Part shown: positions 8,145 through 14,334 of the stretch, in pieces
How the letters are laid out: each line of letters opens with the position of its first letter
How positions within the stretch are numbered: the first letter of the stretch is position 1
Assembly (NCBI GenBank): GCA_036274155.1
Contig: DASUGH010000041.1
Span: 46,373 to 110,372 of the forward strand
Length of the DNA stretch: 64,000 nt
Reading direction: 5' to 3'
Source: Vicinamibacterales bacterium
GTDB taxonomy: Bacteria > Acidobacteriota > Vicinamibacteria > Vicinamibacterales > UBA2999
Position numbers and translations under genes: made by a program
Notes under the pieces: generated by a model
Seen by the model: the letters and a program-made list of their open reading frames with translations, nothing else
The model's database searches: none
Told to the model about the DNA's origin: nothing

Positions 8145-8305
8145 TCCCCTGGAAACGTGATGAGTCACATAATTCCCGGGCGGGGCATCCCGGCTCGCTG
8201 CGTTGCTCCTCCATCAAATATGCCCAATATCTCAGTCGTCGCGCCTTGCGATCCGGGCGCCGCGCTCCGGGCCTTATGCAACTCATCACGTTTCCAGGGG
8301 ACTAG
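8141..8305. mobile_element. MITE-like element B with perfect 25-bp terminal inverted repeats
   Basis: CTAGTCCCCTGGAAACGTGATGAGT (8141..8165) is the exact reverse complement of ACTCATCACGTTTCCAGGGGACTAG (8281..8305). The 115-bp core is somewhat less GC-rich by eye. The element shares CTAG 8141..8144 with element A. The stop codon (8302..8304) of the downstream minus-strand gene falls in the right TIR. Confidence 0.65.
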
Positions 8306-9255
8306 ACGCTCAGAATCGCGAAACACTGCTCGAGACTCTTGATCGGATCGCGGCCAGGGCCGGGCCTGTGCTCGTGCGCCACGAATCCGGCGTAACCCGA
8401 GTCGGCGATCGCGTTGGCGATGAAGCGGTAATTGAGCTCCTGCGTGTCGTCGATCTCCTGACGGGTCGGCACACCAGCCACATGGATGTGGCAGATCCAA
8501 TTGAGGTTGTCGCGCAGGTTCCGCACCACGTCGCCGTCCATGATCTGCACGTGGTAGATGTCGTACACGATCTTCACTCGCGGCGAGTTCACCGCGCGGC
8601 AGACGTCGAGTCCCCAGTCAAGATGGTTGAACACCTGGTCGGTGCGCTGATCGGCTGCGACCTTGGAGTTGGTGATCTCCATGCAGAGCGTCACGTTCTT
8701 CTGCTCGGCATAGCCCTTCACACGGTTCAGGATCGCGACCGTATTGGCGACGGTTTCCTCGCGCGGCATGCCACGCCGTTCGCCCGGCATGGCGATCAGG
8801 TTCGGACAGCCGGCCTGTGCGCAGGTGTCGATGCCGGTGCGAAACGCGGCCTCGAACTTCGGGTGCAGCTCCTTGCGGACCAGCCCGTCCTGAAATGACG
8901 TGCCGGCGCCGGTCATCATCACCGGCGTGAGTCCGTACTTCTTGAGGACAGGTACCTGATCGGCCGTGGGCAGATCGACCCCCTTGAAGCCGATGCGCGC
9001 AAGGATCTCGCATCGCTCTTCGAAGGACAGCTTCGAGCCCGTTCCCCAGACCGAGCTCATCACGCTCTGTCTGATCGGCGTCCGCGTCTTCGCCGCGGGC
9101 GCCGACTGAGCCTGCCCTGAGCGAGCGTTGCCATCATCGGCGAGTCGAAGGTCGGCCAACGACGACTGCCCGTTACGCCGCGGAAGTGCCGCCAGTGGCG
9201 CCGCGGTCATGCCGGCGAGAAACTCTCGTCTATCCATGCGGCGACTATACTTCAC
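8302..9255 (-). CDS. Xylose-isomerase-like TIM-barrel protein (hydroxypyruvate isomerase-like) with Tat-type signal
   Basis: N-terminal RREFLAGMTAAPLAAL twin-arginine motif. The body has the typical AP_endonuc_2-fold motifs (IGF.GV.L, LCMEI.N, IHVAG, GY.G....E). Confidence 0.75.
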   Translation of the reverse strand: MKYSRRMDRREFLAGMTAAPLAALPRRNGQSSLADLRLADDGNARSGQAQSAPAAKTRTPIRQSVMSSVWGTGSKLSFEERCEILARIGFKGVDLPTADQVPVLKKYGLTPVMMTGAGTSFQDGLVRKELHPKFEAAFRTGIDTCAQAGCPNLIAMPGERRGMPREETVANTVAILNRVKGYAEQKNVTLCMEITNSKVAADQRTDQVFNHLDWGLDVCRAVNSPRVKIVYDIYHVQIMDGDVVRNLRDNLNWICHIHVAGVPTRQEIDDTQELNYRFIANAIADSGYAGFVAHEHRPGPGRDPIKSLEQCFAILSV

Positions 9256-9299
9256 GACCCGCCCGGGCGGATCCGCGTCGTGAAACGGGATGTCGCCGC

Positions 9300-10040
9300 T
9301 CAGCGTCGCGGCAGGCTGTCGACGATCGCGCCGGCGGCATCGAGAAACTCCATCCGGGCCGATCCCTGCGCATCGACGATGAGCCGGATGCGATCGCGGC
9401 CCGCCCTGTCGCGCAGACGCACCATCGCGGTGTCGTTGTCGGAGCCGACGAAGATGCGCTGCGCGGATGCGCCAGCAAGCTGCGCTTCGAGCGCCGGCTT
9501 GGCTGCGGCCGGCGCGGTGGTCAGCTCACCACGTATCCTGACGACGTCCTCGAGCGTGGGAGTGCGCGCCCGATCGACGACGTAGAGTCCAGCGCGCTTG
9601 ATGGTCGAGCCGTTGTCCTCGTAGTTCAGGTACACGACCTGATCGTTGTGGAACTGGTCGAACGAGAAGTGCGCCCCGGCGGCACTGCCACCGCGGGTTC
9701 CATAAATGAGGCCGCCGACCTCCCATCCCTTGCCATCGAAGAAGATGAGGCCCGGGCCGGTGCGACCGGTCTCGACGGTCTTGCCGGCAATGAGCGGATT
9801 CGGCAGACGTCCTGTGTTGGCCATCGACAGCACGAGCTGACCGTCGGGCTCGACGACGTTGAGGCGTTCGACGTCGAGCTCGGTGAAACGCTGCCGCGCC
9901 GGCCCCTGTGCCTGCAGCGCCGCGAGGCCGAGAACGACGGCAGCGGCGATGGCAACGGCGGCGCCGACACGCTGCTGATGCCGGAGACGCCGCTCCAGAC
10001 GTTCGAGACGCATCTCGAGCAGCTCGATGTGATCGGACAT
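9300..10040 (-). CDS. Membrane-anchored hypothetical protein
   Basis: N-terminal coiled segment LEMRLERLERRLR, then one TM helix (AAVAIAAAVVLGLAAL), then a roughly 190-aa balanced-composition domain. I recognise no family. Confidence 0.6.
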   Translation of the reverse strand: MSDHIELLEMRLERLERRLRHQQRVGAAVAIAAAVVLGLAALQAQGPARQRFTELDVERLNVVEPDGQLVLSMANTGRLPNPLIAGKTVETGRTGPGLIFFDGKGWEVGGLIYGTRGGSAAGAHFSFDQFHNDQVVYLNYEDNGSTIKRAGLYVVDRARTPTLEDVVRIRGELTTAPAAAKPALEAQLAGASAQRIFVGSDNDTAMVRLRDRAGRDRIRLIVDAQGSARMEFLDAAGAIVDSLPRR

Positions 10041-10078
10041 CGTATCCTCCGGAGAAGCGACGCAGCAGCCCCGTGGAG

Positions 10079-11056
10079 TCAGGGCCGCGCCGGTAACAAG
10101 CTCTTCTGCCTGACAGAGGCGCTCACGTCCTGGATCGCCTGCACAACCGCCGACGGTACGAAGAGGTGAATCTCGTGACCCGCGCCAGACACCACGCTGT
10201 GTCGCGAATTCTGCGACAGCCGGGCGAGCCCCGCGTGACTGTCGGTAATCCGTGGGGTCATGTCCTGGCCTCTCGTCAACACGACGACCGGCACGTCGCG
10301 CATCGGATTGTCCTGCCGGCTTCTGGCCTCGAGCAGCCTGGCGAGAGCAGAGCGCTGGCCCTCCGACGACTCGAGCACGATGTCCGATCGTACGTTGGCC
10401 GGGACGGAAGCGATCAGGCGCCGATCGATCTTGATTCGCAGCTCGTAGAGGTCGGGCGGAAGCCGGTCGAAGGGCGTCCCGGTCTGAGGCGCCCGCGGCG
10501 GGACGGCAACGAACGCGGTCGTCGGCAGCGTCGTCAACAACTGCTGGGCGCTGAGCGAGGCGATAGGTACGGTTTTCTGCTGGAACACCGTGAACAGGCG
10601 ATCTTCCGAGGACGGGTCGACGAGCACCAGGCCTGCGACGTCGCCGCGATGGTCCAGCTGGTACAAACGGACATAGAGGCCGCCGGCTGATGCGCCGACG
10701 AGGACGAACGGCGGCTGCTCCATCGCAGCCGTGAGAGCCGCGTGCAGGTCAGCGACGATCCTGGCCGGCGTCTCCACCTCCTTGCGGGGATCGCTCCAGC
10801 CCGAGCCGGCCCGATCGTACGAGCAGACGCGCTGGGTGCGTGCGATCTCAGGCTGCACGAGCGCCCAGTCGATCGCGAAGGCGCTGGCGCCGGCCTCGAG
10901 GACGACCGTTGGCGAACCGCTTCCCGTGCAGTGCAGGTGCAGCTTCCGGCCACCGACGTCGACCAGACGGCCGGGCGGAGGACCGATGTCGATGGCTTGT
11001 GCGAACAGCGAGACGCTCACCAGCACCAGCACGCACGCGACCGCCCAGCGCTTCAT
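10079..11056 (-). CDS. Alpha/beta hydrolase with signal peptide
   Basis: Signal peptide MKRWAVACVLVLVSVSLFAQA. Nucleophile elbow in LVGASAGG (GxSxG) and a C-terminal GAGHEIH histidine motif. Confidence 0.8.
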   Translation of the reverse strand: MKRWAVACVLVLVSVSLFAQAIDIGPPPGRLVDVGGRKLHLHCTGSGSPTVVLEAGASAFAIDWALVQPEIARTQRVCSYDRAGSGWSDPRKEVETPARIVADLHAALTAAMEQPPFVLVGASAGGLYVRLYQLDHRGDVAGLVLVDPSSEDRLFTVFQQKTVPIASLSAQQLLTTLPTTAFVAVPPRAPQTGTPFDRLPPDLYELRIKIDRRLIASVPANVRSDIVLESSEGQRSALARLLEARSRQDNPMRDVPVVVLTRGQDMTPRITDSHAGLARLSQNSRHSVVSGAGHEIHLFVPSAVVQAIQDVSASVRQKSLLPARP

Positions 11057-11084
11057 GAACGCTCCTTTGAGTTTCCCAATCGTC

Positions 11085-11178
11085 GCAGAACCGAGCTTCA
11101 GCTCGGTTCAACAGATCCTTCGCAGAACCGAGCTTCAGCTCGGTTAATCAGTCCGCAGAACCGAGCTTCAGCTCGGTT
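11085..11178. repeat. REP-like hairpin cluster, three tandem copies
   Basis: GCAGAACCGAGCTTCAGCTCGGTT occurs three times (11085, 11122, 11155), with stem AACCGAGC/GCTCGGTT and loop TTCA. It lies between the start of the 10079..11056 gene and the stop of the 11190..12182 gene, both on the minus strand. Confidence 0.8.
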
Positions 11179-11189
11179 CAACAGTGAAG

Positions 11190-12182
11190 CTACGCGGGCA
11201 GCGGACGCCGGACACGCGACGTCCAGATGCGGCCATCGAGCCAGTAGTGGCACAGCAGTCCGCTCACCAGGAACGGCCCCAGCCATTCCGAGTCGATTTG
11301 CTGACACAGGGCCCAGCTGCCGAGGCCAATCAGCGGCCAGAGCGCAAAAGACGCGAGCAGGCGCAGCTCGCCGAAGGAATCGGCGATCCGCTCCCGCCCG
11401 GAGCGCCTGGCCATCGCATAGGTGAAGTAGAGATATTGCACCTCGTGGTGCACCGCCAGCACGAGGATGAACGACACGCTCCACGCGCCCACCACGTAGG
11501 CGCTTCCAAACGACAATGCCTGCGCCGTCACCAGCCAGCGTTCGCCGGGATGGACCTGCTCGCGATGCCGCGCTGCAAACAGCAAGTACGCGATGACGGA
11601 CGCCGCTGCCACCGTGCCGAGCACGTGGAGCACTCCGGGATCGAGCTCGAGGCCGACGTACTGCTCTCCCTCGTGAAGTGGCGAGGTGCTGGTGAAGTAG
11701 AGCACGCCTGCAACCATCGGCGCGTAGATGGCCACGGTGAAGAGACGACGGTGCCACGCCGACACCGGTCCACCCATGCGCGCCTGGTAGTAGCGCGCAA
11801 TCCCGAAGTTCTGACGTCCCCTGTGCCAGGCGCCCAGATGCAGCGCGGCAGTGGTCACGACGATCGGGTGGCCGCCGAACATCAGCGCATACGTCAGCAC
11901 CAGGATCGCGGCCGGCATGACGACGACATCGAACGGGATGCGGCGCCAGAGGCGGCCGCGCACGATGGCGTCGTAGGTTGCCCCCAGGTGGAGCTCGGAG
12001 AGCAGCAGGTCGGCGGTGTCGAGCTCACGGTCGCCGTGCCACTGCAGGACGAGGGCCATCCCCACCAGCAGCACGCCGCCACCGGCGCACGCCAGCCAGA
12101 AGTCTCCGGCCCTGGAGATGAGCCACGTGCCCGACGCGGTCCGCCGAGGGGGCCAGGCCAGGGCACTGGTGATCGTGGTCAT
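11190..12182 (-). CDS. Polytopic integral membrane protein, unknown function
   Basis: 330 aa with multiple hydrophobic helices and conserved-looking His-rich segments (HLGAWHRGRQNFG, VHHEVQYLYF). I recognise no family. Confidence 0.65.
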   Translation of the reverse strand: MTTITSALAWPPRRTASGTWLISRAGDFWLACAGGGVLLVGMALVLQWHGDRELDTADLLLSELHLGATYDAIVRGRLWRRIPFDVVVMPAAILVLTYALMFGGHPIVVTTAALHLGAWHRGRQNFGIARYYQARMGGPVSAWHRRLFTVAIYAPMVAGVLYFTSTSPLHEGEQYVGLELDPGVLHVLGTVAAASVIAYLLFAARHREQVHPGERWLVTAQALSFGSAYVVGAWSVSFILVLAVHHEVQYLYFTYAMARRSGRERIADSFGELRLLASFALWPLIGLGSWALCQQIDSEWLGPFLVSGLLCHYWLDGRIWTSRVRRPLPA

Positions 12183-12202
12183 GCGCCTGCTGCGTTGGTT
12201 TC

Positions 12203-12226
12203 AACCGAGCTGAAGCTCGGTTCTGC
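12203..12226. repeat. REP-like hairpin, single copy in inverse orientation
   Basis: AACCGAGCTGAAGCTCGGTTCTGC lies between two co-oriented minus-strand genes. Confidence 0.75.
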
Positions 12227-12228
12227 GA

Positions 12229-13286
12229 TCACCTCGCCCGATCGGGACCGTTGACCTGCTGGAACACGCGCTCGGGCGGCGGCAACCCTTTCTCCTTCGC
12301 CTCGGCGGCGGCCTTCTCGTAGGCACGCTCGGCGGTCAGCGCGTTGCGCATGGCGTTGTTCCCCTCGTGGCAGCCGTATTCGTAGATCTCGTAGCCTGGC
12401 TGGCTCGTGATCGTCATCCGCATCGTCCACGGCTTCGTGAAGGTCTCGGGATCGTCGACGCGGATCTCGTAGTCGATCATCTGCGGGTCGATGCGTGTGA
12501 AACGCTCGACCATGCGCAGCTTCTCACTGTGGCGGGCACCGCCGACGGCGGTGCGGTCGGTGAAGTTGCGCGACTCGATGACGAGCGTGTCGCCCTCATA
12601 GTGGCCGCGCGAGTCGCCCATGAAGAGGTGAATGCCCTCGCCGATCGGCGGACGCCCATCGAGCGGAATCACGCGCGTATCGTGAACCATCTCGTAGCTG
12701 ATGACGACCGTATCTGGCGTCTGGATGATGCGGGCGCCGTTTCCATACACCGCCGGCATGATCGAGCCGATCGCGCCGCGCGTGATACAGCGGTCGTACA
12801 GCGAGAAGTCCTGCACTTTCTCCCACGGTCCGACGCCGAACGATCCTTGTCCGCCCGGCCGCGAGCGGGCCGCCGCCGTGAGCGCCGGCACCCGGCCGTC
12901 TGGCGGATCGATCACCATGGACGTGTAGCTGAAGGAGCGGGTGCCCTCTTCGTTGCGAAACGTGCCCGTCCTGGCGTCGTCGACGTCGCGCGCGGACTGG
13001 CGCTGTTTCGCGTATCGCGCGAACTCCTCATCGGTCATGTGGCCCGCGTTCCGTATTGCGCAGGACGCGACATCGGGACGCCGCGCATGTCGTCGGTCGT
13101 CCACACGCCTTCGAGATCGGGCTGGCCCCACGCGTTGCGCGGCGCCTTCCAATGCGGGTTGGCCCGTTTGGCGGCCATCGCGTCGGCCGACCCCTCGGCT
13201 TGCGCCATCGCCGGCGGCACCGACAGCGCCATCAACGCCGCGGCCGTTGCCACCGCACCCGAAAAGACGCGAACGGAAAAGCTCAT
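12229..13286 (-). pseudogene. Split or frameshifted paralog of 3407..4231
   Basis: A signal-peptide ORF (13035..13286: MSFSVRVFSGAVATAAALMALSVPPAMAQA...GVWTTDD...PAQYGTRAT*) ends in a TGA that overlaps an ATG (ATGA at 13035..13038). That ATG opens the body ORF in another frame (MTDEEFARYAKQ... to 12229). The paralog at 3407..4231 is one continuous polypeptide. Confidence 0.5.
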
Positions 13287-13383
13287 TGGCTCGCTCCGGC
13301 TCGAAAAAGGTTCCAACACTTTACGACGAATCGCCTCGCCAGGGCGTGCCTGTCGACTCAGGTAGCATCCGCTGACACACACC

Positions 13384-13428
13384 ATGCCGCTGTCGGTCGG
13401 TGAGCGCCTCGGTTCCTACGAAATCGTG
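13384..13428 (+). pseudogene. Remnant of a Ser/Thr kinase N-terminus
   Basis: ATG CCG CTG TCG GTC GGT GAG CGC CTC GGT TCC TAC GAA ATC GTG encodes MPLSVGERLGSYEIV. This is the stereotyped start of Hanks kinases of this type; compare RIGRYEIRGQLGAGGMGEVY at 30844. The glycine loop never follows. Confidence 0.4.
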
Positions 13429-13429
13429 G

Positions 13430-13594
13430 TTATCGTGGCGGGAAACCCATCCTGCGTCGAGGCGCCTCGGCGCGTGGGTCGTCAACGAGCCCAATCTCGG
13501 GCCGTGCAAGCTCGTAGCCGGCTCGAATCGGGTTGATCACGGCGAGCCGCTCGATCGCCTCGAGGCACGATCCTTGTCATCCATCAAGGCATAG
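13430..13594 (-). pseudogene. Remnant of a TPR/kinase-associated C-terminus, frameshifted
   Basis: The minus-strand reading is YALMDDKDRA, a one-nt frame change, then LEAIERLAVINPIRAGYELARPEIGLVDDPRAEAPRRRMGFPPR*. It resembles the common C-terminal ...DKD.A..WLE.A.......DPRF..LLRRMGLP tail. It has no start codon and no upstream domain. Confidence 0.4.
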
Positions 13595-13625
13595 ATCCCA
13601 CAGCCCCGCGTGACATGATGCTCGG

Positions 13626-14225
13626 ATGATCGTTCGGATTCCGACAGCATTGGTACTGCTTGTCTGCTCGTCTTTGATTTCCTGCGTGACACTCGCCGCG
13701 CAGACGGCGCCGCCGGAGCAGCCCGCGGAGGCCCCAACGTCGCCTGGCCGCATCGGCTTCGAGGTCGCGGCTGGAACCGCGTTCGAAGTGTTCCCCCCCG
13801 GCGGCCGTGCGACCCAGCGCGCCGTGCTCGGTGCCCCGGCGCTGACTCTCAGGGTGGGCTCGTGGCTCGAATATGCCGTCGAGGGGCACCTCTCCCGCCA
13901 CGTGACGCCGGTCACCGGAAACGTCTTCGGCATCGTCCCCTTCGCTTTTCGAGTGCACACCGTAGGAAGAACACCCGTTCATCTCTCGCTCGGCGCCGGC
14001 CAAGTATGGACGGATCTGGCCGGAATCCGCGGCGTCGAGCAGCGCCGGAACTTCATCACGCAGCTCGGGGCGGGCATCGCGAGGGTGCGTGCCAACGGTT
14101 CCGCCGTATCGCTGGAGGCCCGCTTCTTCCACTTGTCGAACCTCCGCGCGGCCCCGCCGAACCTCGGGATGGAAATGGTCTCGGTGCTCGTGGGATATGC
14201 GTTCTCCAAACACCGGATTCATTAA
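13626..14225 (+). CDS. Outer-membrane acyloxyacyl hydrolase (PagL-like lipid A deacylase family)
   Basis: Signal peptide and alternating beta-strand pattern. The C-terminal motif ARFFHLSN...N.G.E.V.VLVGYAF matches the HxSN catalytic His/Ser block of PagL-like barrels. Confidence 0.6.
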   Translation: MIVRIPTALVLLVCSSLISCVTLAAQTAPPEQPAEAPTSPGRIGFEVAAGTAFEVFPPGGRATQRAVLGAPALTLRVGSWLEYAVEGHLSRHVTPVTGNVFGIVPFAFRVHTVGRTPVHLSLGAGQVWTDLAGIRGVEQRRNFITQLGAGIARVRANGSAVSLEARFFHLSNLRAAPPNLGMEMVSVLVGYAFSKHRIH

Positions 14226-14281
14226 AAATCGTCTCGTCGACACGCCGCGATCGCCCGCGACGGATTAGCGGCGGCTGTCGC

Positions 14282-14310
14282 TTGTTGTCAGGGATGCAAG
14301 ACTCTATGAT
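14282..14310 (+). promoter_or_regulatory. Candidate sigma70-type promoter for the DUF1592 operon
   Basis: TTGTTG (14282..14287), a 17-nt spacer, then TATGAT (14305..14310), 25 nt before ATG 14335. Found by pattern match only. Confidence 0.35.
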
Positions 14311-14334
14311 GGCCAGGTTTTACGAGCAGGGTCG

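Noticed and set aside
11085-11178. Regularly spaced direct repeats (three copies at a 33-39-bp period here and at 24567..24678) that superficially resemble a mini CRISPR array.
   Set aside because: Each repeat is itself a hairpin of about 24 nt with only about 10-15 nt between copies. There are only three units, the same motif occurs singly at many gene ends in both orientations, and no cas genes are present. This fits a REP/BIME-like family, not CRISPR.
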